This document shows positions 53,314 to 64,000 of a stretch of DNA of 64,000 bases, piece after piece. This DNA is from Bigelowiella natans CCMP2755. Taxonomy: Eukaryota > Protista > Cercozoa. The translations under genes and the position numbers were made by a program. Under the pieces are notes generated by a model that was not told the DNA's origin, did no database searches, and saw only the letters and a list, made by a program, of their open reading frames with translations. The DNA lies in contig ADNK01000697.1 in assembly GCA_000320545.1 (NCBI GenBank), forward strand, positions 150,480 through 214,479, given 5' to 3'. The stretch's first letter is position 1. Each line of letters begins with the position of its first letter.

Positions 53314-53513
53314 TCCCGGGTGAATCCCGTCAGGATGAAGGTGTCCTCCTCAAACTTTATGCCCTCCAGGCAATGTCTCCGTTGGGCCGGGGACGTTGTG
53401 GTTGGCGTGAAGCTAGTGCTTCTAATTGCAATGATGGGGGCTATGTCTCCGCAAAATCCGGGGATGTTGTGGTCATTGCGAAGCTCGTTGTCCAAGTGGA
53501 CTAGGTAGGAAGA

Positions 53514-54029
53514 ATGCATCCTCCTCCATCTTCATGCCTTCCAGCGAGGGCAATGTCTCCGCAAAAGCCGGGGATGCCTAAATTCCACCAGCGGAAATTC
53601 TGTGGATGGCCGTTGTCGGTTCTCCGGAAAGATGGGCTTCTTGACAAGTTGCTCACGGAGAAAGAAGATAAACCAAAACAGTTCCAACCTGTCACAAGAA
53701 TTGTAGATCGCGGCCTTCAGCATCAGGAAAGGGTAGTGTTAGAATGGTTGGAAACCTTCATGGAAATCAACCAGGAGAACGGGAAAGCGCAGTTCAAATT
53801 CAAAAATAATGACCGAGTTAAAACGATGTTCTTCGACGAAAGGATCGCACACATACACAACGTGACAGGAATTTTGGTGTCTAGGATTCACGATCGCTTG
53901 CGTTATGATCAAAAAATAAAAAACAATAAGCAAAATGGGGCTCATTTCGAGGAACTCTTAGAGCGTACCGACAAGTATTTTCTTCTGATGGAATCAACGT
54001 GCTCAAAGCGAAACATGTTGAAACAATGA
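53514..54029 (+). CDS. Intronless hypothetical protein (up to 171 aa), island gene
   Basis: Open ORF with globular composition; the true start could be any of several ATGs. Confidence 0.5.
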   Translation: MHPPPSSCLPARAMSPQKPGMPKFHQRKFCGWPLSVLRKDGLLDKLLTEKEDKPKQFQPVTRIVDRGLQHQERVVLEWLETFMEINQENGKAQFKFKNNDRVKTMFFDERIAHIHNVTGILVSRIHDRLRYDQKIKNNKQNGAHFEELLERTDKYFLLMESTCSKRNMLKQ

Positions 54030-54299
54030 TCATCATGAACAATCGTACCTCACACTGCACTTGTCAGCATTCACAAGCATGCAATGACATGTGCACAATG
54101 TGTGTGCTTAGTTTCGAAAAACTAGTTTGCATGTGCACATGAATGTGCAACAGTCATGGCATTGCGCGTGCTTGTGTCATTGGATGTCTTCTTGGACATT
54201 TCCTTCGCATGCAACGGGATGTGTGGTTTTGTCTGTGGTGTTGCCATTTTGCGCTTCCGGGAACACGGTTTGGCGCAACTACCCCCCCCATCAGAAGAC

Positions 54300-55135
54300 A
54301 TGGATGCAAACAACATGGAAGCAGATCAAAGGAATGCGAAATCGTCGCTTTTGCAGACACTGAAGAGGCTCAAAGCTGTTCTTCACCACACACTCAACAT
54401 TGAAAGGGGGGTGGGATCAGTTTCTCGAATCGGGTTTGTTGAATCTCATCAAACAAGCAAAGAAGAAGAGCACACTCAAAGGTGTTCTTTTTCACATGCA
54501 CAACATTGAAAGAGGAGCGGGATTGGCTGAATCGCTCTTGATGAATCTCACAAAAGAAGCAAAGAAGAACACACATGAACATTGCAGTTCTTCCGTGAGC
54601 GTTGATCAGACAGTTGGTGCAACAAGTTCACGGATGCAAGGAGCATCGTGCACAAAAAAATGAAGGTCAAGAGAAGAAAACGCCGAGTCAATTGCACTGG
54701 CACGATGTCGTGTTCATCCAAAGGCAAAGAGGTTGTTGCAGGAAGAAGAAGCAAGCGTGTCAAACGACAGCCCAATGAACATGGACCACACTTGTCCAAA
54801 TGGAGTGCATGTCACATGCATCAAGGACATCAAGAGTCTTTTTGAGCACGATCAACGACATCATTGAAGTTGCACAATGCACGCGCAGGATTGTGCATGA
54901 CCTGAACAAGTGCACACGTTTAGCTGGCGGTGCAATGACTCGATGGGACACCAAAATTGCACGATGCACAGCTCAGACACAGCAAAGCTTGTTGATTGAA
55001 CACGCACAATCAAGAACTCAAGTTCATGCATTTGGCCGATGCAAATGAAAACGAATGGATTGATTTTGACACAGACACAACTTGAGATGATGTCAACGTT
55101 TGTCGAAGAAGAAGCGGATGCACTTGTTACAGACA
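54300..55135 (+). pseudogene. Frameshifted, TpA-eroded ORF relic with an internal ~110-bp duplication
   Basis: Overlapping ORFs 54156-54509, 54400-54663, 54648-54845 and 54800-55048 chain by frameshifts. Repeat units LKAVLHHTLNIERG and LKGVLFHMHNIERG. No Tyr; excess His and Cys. Confidence 0.65.
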
Positions 55136-55848
55136 CGTGATGTCATGTGTGTCCCACGTGTGTCATCACCACGTCTGCAATGAAATCATCGAGGTGAGAT
55201 TTTTTCCAGCAAATCATTTTGATCATGCATTAGCAAGCCACATTGCGCGTGCATCTAATGAGACATGGCGTTGTGTGCTGCTTGTGTGCCTTGCTAGCCA
55301 TGCAGACACACGCCCGCCATTCAAAGCATTCTGATCAGCGCCAATGTGCTACGTGCGCAATGTGTCCAAATGTGCATGATGCGAGTTAGCTAGCTAGATG
55401 TTTTGCTCGTGTGCATGACTGCATTGCACCTGCAGCTAGACAGCGAGATGGCTGATGCGCCTGCGCGCATGCATGCTAGCATGCACACGTCGCTTTGCCT
55501 CACACAGTCATGCTAGCATATGTGGTTTCACACTACACGACACGTTCTTTGTGCCCGCCAGATCGACATGCACCTAATCTAGTAATCAGTGCGCATACAT
55601 GCATGCTCTGTCATTCGTGCACCATGACACACGCCATGTGTTCATGCAAATGCACACGTGTGCTGCCAGAAGCCCACGTGCATGTTCTTAAGCACACATG
55701 AACATGCTGATAAATCCATAGCATTGGCGCAAAATAACGCCAAACAATGTGATTTTTTTTATCTAGATATGTGTTTTTAATAGCTCTGATGAAAAAGATG
55801 CGTGGATCAATATGCGATAGCAAACAAGCTCATCTTAATCATATTTAA

Positions 55849-58029
55849 TTAAGCTTGGCAGATTTGCCGAGCCTTTTTGGTGATAGAGGAGTGCCATTCT
55901 ATTTCTGATGCAAAAGCCAAATTTATGTCGAAGCTCTCATCGTCAGAATCTTCACTTTTCTCTCTGTACTTGGAAAGCTCATTTGTGACGATCTCATGGT
56001 ATTGCTTAAGCTGTTCTCCTTTCTCGCACTTTCCCTCTTTCGCATTTTTCGCTAGTTTTTCGTAAGCGAAAAGCATTTTTACTTTAGAGAACTGGAGTTC
56101 AGACAACTTAAGTGAAGCACGGAACTTGTCATAGTTTAGATCCTTGACGCTTTGTGTAATATCATAGAGGTTTGAACGCAAGAACCGTGAATAATCAATT
56201 TTGGACAATAATTTTTGAAAAGATTCTGAAATAGGTGTCTCCACTTCAAGTCTTTCCATCCCAAGGGACGTGCAATGCTCATAGGCAGATTTAACCAGCA
56301 AGCCCCCCAAGCCCTTCTTACGGTAAGGTGGAAGTATTAAGATCTGGCTCAGTCTTAAGGTTTTTGTCTCTGTAAACCTAATTCGGTGAAGCACAATAAT
56401 TTTTAGTTGTTAAAGTTTAAGAAGTCAGCAAGAAAAGTAGGAAAACTAGAGAACGATAAAAATAGAGGACGGAATATGCGTACGATACCTATATAAAGTA
56501 GTGAATCCTGCAAACTTCAACCCGTTATCTGACGTCTTCTCAAAAACCATAATAGTTTCCCAGTTTTCATCCGTGACATCTATTGCGGAGGCTGCATCGA
56601 TGTAAAGAAGAGGCAGGAATTGAAAGAGATGATGAAACATCGGGATGTTTTTGACTGAAGCAACACAAGGCTGGAACACTGCAAATGAATTGGTATAGGG
56701 CTCCAGTAACTTCACGTTCTTTGAAAGTGTAAATGATTTGTCCGCCTCCATAGCAGCATCGAACTCTCCCGCAGTCATCAAAAAGGCTGGGAAGGACTTG
56801 GAAAATCCCCTTTCGCTGTCTAATTATTATCGAAGCGCCCTTAAATAAAACTTAAAGGTCGGGACAAAACTTTACCCTTGTCCTTTGCATCCCAACTCGG
56901 TAAGAGAGCCTTTTGTAGTCGTGGGAGAATTTCATCTGGGTTGACAAGAACAGTTTAAGTTGCTGCACATGGATCAGAGTTACTCATGAGATACCTGCGT
57001 CATCATGCTTCTCGGAGTATTTCAACTCGACGATGAGGTGCAAACCAGGGCCCGTGAATCTATAAGTCAAATAATAATATCAATATTGCCTGGATCTAGA
57101 GCTCATATAAAATGAAGACCTAATATTTATTGCGAGATCCTTGTACCCAAAAATGTATTCTGGTTCCTGTGATAAGGATGGATGGTAAGTAAGATATTTT
57201 GCAAAGATGATGAACTTTCCTTGTACCTCTCCTTGGTCGAAGATTTGGTGAGTGAACTCTGGTCCGAAGGTGTCCTTTGAATCCTTGGAATTACTTACAA
57301 ATTCGATTCTCATTACATCGTTCGCACAGCAGTCAAAATCCAGATCCTACATGAGTATGTATTCATCTTAGAAACTGGATTTCTAAGTACTTTTCTCTTC
57401 ACCTGCTCGCATGAATTATCCACTGCCATGGCAGCCATAGCAGCAGAATTCAGCAACGACTCGTCTGAGAGAAGCTTTAAGGAATGAAGGTAAATAAAAT
57501 ACTCGTTGCAGACATTATTGCTGGATGTACCGTTTGTAAAAGAGAATTGTATTCCATTTCTGTCGGCTTTCGGCCCATCTTTGACTCGAACGATCGAATC
57601 AGTGGTTGAATTAGCTTCGCTGTCCATTAAGATCCAATTTGAGAACTTAAAATTTCAATAATAGTTTCTTTTTTTGTCAGTAGGCTATTAAATAGGAGGA
57701 CTAATGCGAAGCCCAAGTTCTCGGGAAGAAAGATGGTGGTGGAAATTTTATAGCATGCTGCAAACATAACATGCTATTACAAGCAATCTGGTCCAAGTTT
57801 TTATCCACTCCATTGCCGTGGTCTTCGTCCTATCATTGTTTGTAATACGATCACACAAATCCGAACAGACCCTCCTAGGGAATACCTTTGCATTTCGGAT
57901 CTGGACATTCTCTTTCACCGTATCATCAAGATAAAGTTTCGCTTTCTTCGTTGGGTTAGTTTTTGCGAGAGTGAACCCCTGCTCTTTCTTTGAGCCCAGG
58001 GAGAGAGCACAACGCTTTAACGACGCCAT
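55849..58029 (-). CDS. HAT1: Histone acetyltransferase type B catalytic subunit; start may instead be 57627
   Basis: ANDVMRIEFV, FGPEFTHQIF...EYIFGYKDLAI, LYIDAASAIDVTDENW, FAGFTTLYR, LRLSQILILPPYRKKGLG, LEVETP. Confidence 0.88.
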
Positions 58030-58630
58030 CGAAATTACAAGTACTCAGAGCTAACAATGTACTTGTTTGGAGATTTTATCGTAATCATATCAATGGTATT
58101 CAAATATGCGACAACATTTTAGTCCTTATTTCTGACGAAAATGTAAGCTATGCTAATAGTCTTCAACCTGCCGAAAGGCTAAGCGAAGGGGTTCGCGCGT
58201 TTGGGGCCGAAGTAATATTTTGTTGTAAAAGAAATAATACTAGGAGGAGACAGGCAGCTTCCAACCAAACACGAACTCTCTTATTTTTCAATTTTTTCTT
58301 GATTTATTGCCCAAAATCCATACTCTGGCCTCTCTTGGCATTCGAGCAATTAGTATTCCCACATCTACTGATGCAGCCAAAAAACTTTCAGCCTTCGAAA
58401 CCTTCCGCATGGCAAGGAATAGTTCTTGAGAATGTAATTCCTAGAATTCTAGATAATATTTTATTGTCTTAACTCATACCTATCATGTATTTTATATTTT
58501 TTGAGATGGTTTGGGAGCATATTTAGATTGAATTTGGCATCTATTGAAAGAGCAGGTGTTGTCTTTTTGGTAGACAGATTGATCTAATTTTGCTCGAAAT
58601 AAGTTCAATTCTGCATTGTCGTAGAGATTA

Positions 58631-58668
58631 AACTTCCTCCATTAAATGTCGATTTAATGGAGGAAGTT
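58631..58668. repeat. Perfect 17-bp inverted repeat with a 4-nt loop
   Basis: aacttcctccattaaat-gtcg-atttaatggaggaagtt. Confidence 0.9.
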
Positions 58669-58761
58669 GCATCGTGTATCTGACCCCAGCAATCGAAGGA
58701 GCAATCAGCTCCTCTCGTGCACTGATTCGCTCCTCACGAACCTCATTGGTGTCATAAAACT

Positions 58762-60501
58762 ATGACCGTTGTCCTTCTATTAGCACTCCCTTTACTGGCA
58801 GAGGCTTCATGGAAGAAACTCAGTATTAACTCATCATCGGCGCTGGAGCTGCAGAGCCTGGATTACGGTTCCTATCATGTGAAACTGCAACAAAGAACCA
58901 ATTTAAAGCAATTAAGGAAGCATAGGTTTGTATTTGCTTGATATTCGGAAAATTTAGGATTTCAAATAAATAGGAAATGCTGCTTGTAGGTTCAACTCCC
59001 TCTCTGTTCGGCACCGTCAACTGATGGTCCACGGAGGATCAAATGGAACAGCCTTGATTGGAGGACTGAGGAAAGAACCTGTCGAGAAAGAGCATTACAA
59101 GCTTCACCTTACCGACAAACAATCAGAATACACCGCACCTATCGACATTGGAGGTAGTTGGGAGATGGGAAAGGGGATCGGGAAGGGCAGGAAGGGGGGA
59201 AGAAGAAAGAGAGTTGGTCAATCTTATCATGAGGGCTTTCAAAACCCTTTTGTCAATCATACTTAAAGATGAACTCTCTGTACGCCCACAGGTCAAAAAT
59301 TAAATTGTATTTACGATACGGGTTCAGCAATGGTTTGGGTGTATTCATCCCTATGTAACTCCGATATTTGTAGAAGACATCTTAACAGAGGTTCACGCTT
59401 CGACTTGGAACAGGTACTCTTTTAACTTCCAGGAGAATTAAATTAATTTTTATGAGAACTATTAAGCTCTATTTCGTCACTAATTCCTCGCCCAATCTAA
59501 ATAAATCAGGCGGATAAAGCATTCAGCCCCAGTGACTGCTACAAGTTTGTCCAATTCGGCACTGGATCTCTCCGTGGGCAGCTAGGAACAGACGATATCC
59601 ACCTGGACTCCCTTCAACTCCCTGGTGCTGGTTTTGGCATGATTAAGCACACAGATGACAACCCAGTTTTTACCCTGGACTTCGACGGAATTTGCGGTGT
59701 TTCCTACAAGATGGAAGAGGACTCTTGCTATAATGAAGATGGAAAATTGATTCGAACCTCCCTCCTTCAGAACTTGCAGGCATCCAACCTCGCATATAAG
59801 ACAATGACATTCTCGTTTGATGGTTCGGGGGGTGGGGATCTCAGTATTGGGTCCCCCCCATTGGAAACAGCTATTGCCGTGCCAGTAACAACGAAGGTGA
59901 GATCAATTTGAAGATATCGAGTGAATCTTACTCAGTACAAACTAGATTCTTTCTTTAAACCCAAATGTACAACTTTCGCATCCCTATCCTCCTCCCATAT
60001 CCTCACCCATTCGACACCCTCTTTCCACCTCTTCTCGCACCCTATTCGTCTGTTGTGCAGTAGATATCTCACCCGTTTGAAATGTCCCTGTGCTTGATTG
60101 TATTGATAGTTCTATTGGGAGACCAAACTAATGGACATCAAAGTGGGCGGCCGCAGCCTCTTCGCGGAGATCGGATGGCACGATCCAAATGTGCATAAGG
60201 CCCAGGTGATGTTCGATACCGGCACCAGTGTATTTACCATGCCCTTTGACGCCTACACCACAGTACATAAGATGGCTGGATGCGATGGAAAGGGGGGCAT
60301 TACCTATGTCCTTGGGGATGGAAGAGAGGTGCATATCAACAATTGGTTCCAACAAATGGGCGAGTCTTGCACTCCGCTCGTAATGGATCTCGACATCCGT
60401 GATCAGAATCTATTCATCCTCGGCCAGCCCTTTTTTGACGAACATATTACCACTTTTGATGCTGGGAGAACGTGATTTGGATATCTCCTAAAAATAAGTG
60501 A
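58762..60501 (+). CDS. Secreted pepsin-like (A1) aspartic protease
   Basis: Signal MTVVLLLALPLLAEA; EYTAPIDIGGQKLNCIYDTGSAMVWV; flap VQFGTG; FDGICG; second catalytic motif MFDTGTS; FILGQPFF. As written the frame stops at 60475 (see the finding on the G run). Confidence 0.88.
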
Positions 60502-60759
60502 TGACACTTACGTATTTCGATGCAGCGTCTTGCTCTTGTCGAGCGGGAGAAGAATGATCGCCAAAGGGATGTTTGAGCACAGAGAACGACTTTCTTATTT
60601 TGGTGAACTCAAAAAGTGAATAGTATCTCAGTACATATAAAGCACATGATCGCACAGATTAGACAGCGAGACCCTGTAGGCGATATAATGACTACATGAG
60701 TAAGTTAAAATATCGTTATTTTCCGGAAGACTTAACTAGGATATGAAGGCCCACTCGTA

Positions 60760-62150
60760 TCATCTACATGGTAGATGACATATAGTTCTGCGATCATTTG
60801 TTGCTGTTTTTACAATACATGTAGATATGTGTGTAGCTAGATAAGTGACGCGTTTGAAAAAGTTCTTAAATCGCACGATATATCTTGTGGACCATAAGTT
60901 GTTGTAGGCATAAATAATGCGAGCAAGCTATGCTATATTAGATGCAGTCTAGGCTGCAGCAGACGTGAAGCATCGATTCCGCGCGCGACTGTCTAGCTGT
61001 GTGCACTAGCAAGCTAGTGCAGAGCGCACATCTAGCTCTAGAGCTAGCTAGACATGCACATTGCCATCTCTAGATCTTGCAAGCACTCATAGCCTGCTAG
61101 CGTGCATGGACTACTAGACTAGTGGAATCACCTAGATCACTTGCTAGCAATTACTAGGATAGCTAGCTAGTTAGCAAACTAGCATGCACTAGTGCAAGCT
61201 CTAGATGCTTGCGGGCTAGCAGGGTCACGTACGCATTTCGTGCAATGCATCTAGCTAACTAGCTAGCTAGGTAGCATTGCAAATGTGCTAGTGTGCTTGC
61301 TAGCTTGCTAGCTAGCTAGTGTAATCGGCAATTGTCAATGGCTACCAGCTAGCCTAGCTAGCTAGCTAGTTAGAACTCATTGTGTTGCACACAAACTAGC
61401 TAGCACAGGCGATGAACTAGATGGAGTTCATCACATCAGTGCTGCGCTGTTCTCTAGTTCTCGCTCTGACGCACGCTGGCACGTGTCCATGTAGCTAGCT
61501 AGGCATGCAAGTGTGCGCAGCCCGATAATGTGCAGCACAAATCTCTAGCGAAAACGTGCTAGCTAGCTATAGCGGGTTGCATGCCTACTTGTGCTGATCT
61601 AGTGATTCTTTCGTCATGCTGCCATGCATGAAACAGGCTAGCAGGTGCACATCACAATCTGCCTAGCTCTGAGCTAACACTAACCAGCTAATCTAGCTAA
61701 CACAGTGATAGCTAGCTAGATCCAGACAGCGAGACATTCGACGCATCACTCAGCCGGTCTCCTCAGATCTTGCTAGCTTGCTAGCTAGACAATGCATCAT
61801 TAGATCTAGCCAGCTAGCTAGCTAGGCTTAGATGCGGTAAAAATTGCATGAAAGTGGTCTAGATGTTAGCTCTTCTAGCCTTTTGCGCAATCTAGCAATT
61901 CTAGAACTGCATTGATGCGCGCAGGCACGCTAACGCTGGAATACAAAAACAGCTCGTTGCTAGTTTGTCGATCCAGTTGGGCGGATTCCTAGCAATCCAT
62001 CAAATGTGAAGGTATCTCGTTGACCGCACCTTAACAAGGTAGCGTTGATCGTAGCGTTGTGATCTATACGTACATCTAGACGTCTATCGCAAACATGATG
62101 GTTACTTTTTCGTTATTATCATTACCATTTCTAGATTTACATCTCTAGAC
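60760..62150. other. Longest CTAG-rich tract, between convergent 3' ends (protease / unknown gene)
   Basis: Dozens of CTAG, often as (ctag)2-3; nearly all TpA in CTA/TAG context; no ORF of 60 aa or more. Confidence 0.9.
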
Positions 62151-62153
62151 CTA

Positions 62154-63374
62154 TCAATCCCAGATCCATGTTGTATCCGTATCGTCTGGGTCAGTTCGCT
62201 TACGGCTTCTGCTTTTCTTTAGCCTGTCATGCGATGCATTTGGCGACTGAACCTCCTTCTTATTTACCGTGGTTTCCTCGGATTTAGAGCCTGGTTTCAG
62301 CTCAACCATAGCTTTGTCGCAGGGAGTCATTCGTGTGCCGTCTACTAGAGTTTCGTTCACAGTCGTGGGGTATCTGTGCACACGCCATATCACACCATAC
62401 ATGCATACACGGATACAACTTTGTTTAGTCGAGGTAATTGCGTAGCATAGCCTCCTCAGTATGATCGAAATAAGAGATATATTGAAAATAAGAGATCTAC
62501 AAACCTGAGCAGCGCCCCAACACCACCGAACCCCTTTTTCATGCACAAAACACAAATTCAGTGACTGGCCATGAGTCATCTTTATGTATCATCGCCTCTT
62601 CGCCATTCTATTTCTCTATTTCATAGGTGTAAGGATAACCCCCCCTCCCTTCCCTTATCATCCTCCACACCCCAACATTTTATCATCATACTTGGCAGAG
62701 TTGTCGCCCCTCAGGCGTCTGGTCTGTGATTATTCTGACATCCCCACATTAGGTCAAGCAATGAGACCAAAAATCATGAGGTAATTGCAGAATTGTCGAG
62801 AATCGGCGAAAGTCAGTTTTAAGGAACCACAAACGCGACAGGATATAATTTACACCATCATAAACTTGGTTTCTCTTAGCGGTTGCACGCATATCCGGAA
62901 GTACGAAAATATTGTGTAACAACATAGAGATTGATGCCAACAAACAGAGACTGGAAGAAGCTCAGCGTGTTCTCTCTTATGGCCATACCTCAGCTTTATC
63001 CCCAGCTCCTCGCAGTGGTCAGCTAGATATTCCACTAACAACTTTCCTTCTTGAAACTGTGGGTCATATAAGCACATATGCACACGCATGACTCATGTTC
63101 TCTACCCCCCACCCCCCCTCTTTCTCTCCTTACCCCCCCTCCCCCTCCCCCCCCCCTGTCACACATTGTAAGGCTTGAATTGATAACAAAGAAGGGAAAT
63201 CTGCGGTGCGATTCGACGTCAAACGACCTTCGCTTTTCCAATATCCTTCTGATCCTCATAGTACCTGTAACGAAGATTGTTTTCGTATTGACACGGAAAG
63301 GATGATACGACATAAAGTCAGAAGCTCACCCATATTTGACGAAAGTTTGGCCTCCCTCCCCTTCGAAGACCAGC
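62154..63374 (-). CDS. 3' exons of an unidentified multi-exon gene whose 5' part probably lies beyond the window
   Basis: Spliced AGLRREGGQTFVKYGYYEDQKDIGKAKFQEGKLLVEYLADHCEELGIKL; last exon YPTTVNETLVDGTRMTPCDKAM...WIWD*. Confidence 0.5.
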
Positions 63375-63424
63375 CTTTTACACAACGACAATCGAATCAG
63401 ATCAGAAGTTGAAAGCGGGCCCTC

Positions 63425-63676
63425 CTCTTTCTTCCTCCATCGTCTGTGCATTCAATATGAATCCGGCATATAACTCTCCTTTGCGAAGCTCGCACCTTCG
63501 AAGCAAGAGACTCTCCCATATGACCATCGTATCTATGCACGACTCATCCACCAGAGACATGGTCTAGTGAAGATATGATGGGCATAGAGGAAGAGGAGGA
63601 TGTGGAAGAGAAAGGCATCAGGAGGACAAATATGACCACACGAAGAGAAGCTCGAAAAGTCTCTTCTCATATGAAG

Positions 63677-63716
<40 letters not shown>

Positions 63717-63970
63717 TTATTTATATGAGAAGAGAGTTTTCGAGCGTCTCTTCGTGTGGGCGTATTTGTGCTCCTGTGGCCTTTCTCTTCCACATCCTCC
63801 TCTTCCTCTATGCCCATCATTTCTTCACTAGACAATGTCTCTGGTGGGTGAGTCGTGCATATATACGATGGTCATATGGGAGAGTCTCTTGCTTCGAGGG
63901 TGCGAGCTTGGCAAAGGAGAGTTATATGCCGGATTTATATTGAATGCACAGACGATGGAGGGAGAAAGAG
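63425..63970. ncRNA. Long fold-back inverted repeat; candidate miRNA or hairpin-siRNA precursor
   Basis: Arms 63425-63675 and 63720-63970 (251 bp, 16 mismatches by manual alignment, no indels) flank an (AT)n loop. The repeat is directly visible; RNA function is inferred. Confidence 0.55.
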
Positions 63971-64000
63971 ATAGAGCTTATCTATACCCTCGACCACACA

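Larger units (their letters stand above)
48020..55700. mobile_element. Intronless island, probably an endogenous viral or other mobile-element relic; boundaries approximate
   Basis: Six intronless ORFs or ORF relics between two intron-rich host genes, tightly packed, with one overlap. No hallmark capsid, polymerase or integrase gene, and no TIR or TSD recognised. Confidence 0.45.

Noticed and set aside
60760-62150. CpG-methylation decay as the explanation for the CATG/TGCA excess
   Set aside because: CpG and GCGC runs remain common in these tracts; the missing word is TpA outside CTA/TAG.

Overview
This is eukaryotic nuclear DNA: intron-rich, with GT-AG introns of about 45-500 nt and many microsatellites. 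It is probably from a protist with a secondary plastid, because one gene has a signal + transit + twin-Arg presequence; a chlorarachniophyte-like source is my inference. The supplied ORF track fragments most genes, so I assembled exons by eye and internal boundaries are approximate. Host genes alternate strand almost strictly: SAM-like (+), unknown (-), Rab-like GTPase/Tudor (+), DUF6816-like (-), FANCM (+), SFI1 (-), Tyr-kinase/ricin (+), BET bromodomain (-), polytopic membrane protein (+), an intronless virus-like island at about 48-55.7 kb, HAT1 (-), pepsin-like protease (+), unknown (-). Four signals stand out. (1) Regions downstream of gene 3' ends, especially between convergent genes, are CTAG/CATG/TGCA-rich tracts where TpA survives almost only as CTA/TAG; divergent promoter regions lack this. 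(2) The same TpA-to-CpA/TpG erosion has stripped Tyr codons from parts of the island. (3) A fold-back with 251-bp arms at 63.4-64.0 kb has all its transition mismatches readable as G-U on one strand. (4) The island encodes a 907-aa ORFan. No tRNA, rRNA or CRISPR array was seen.
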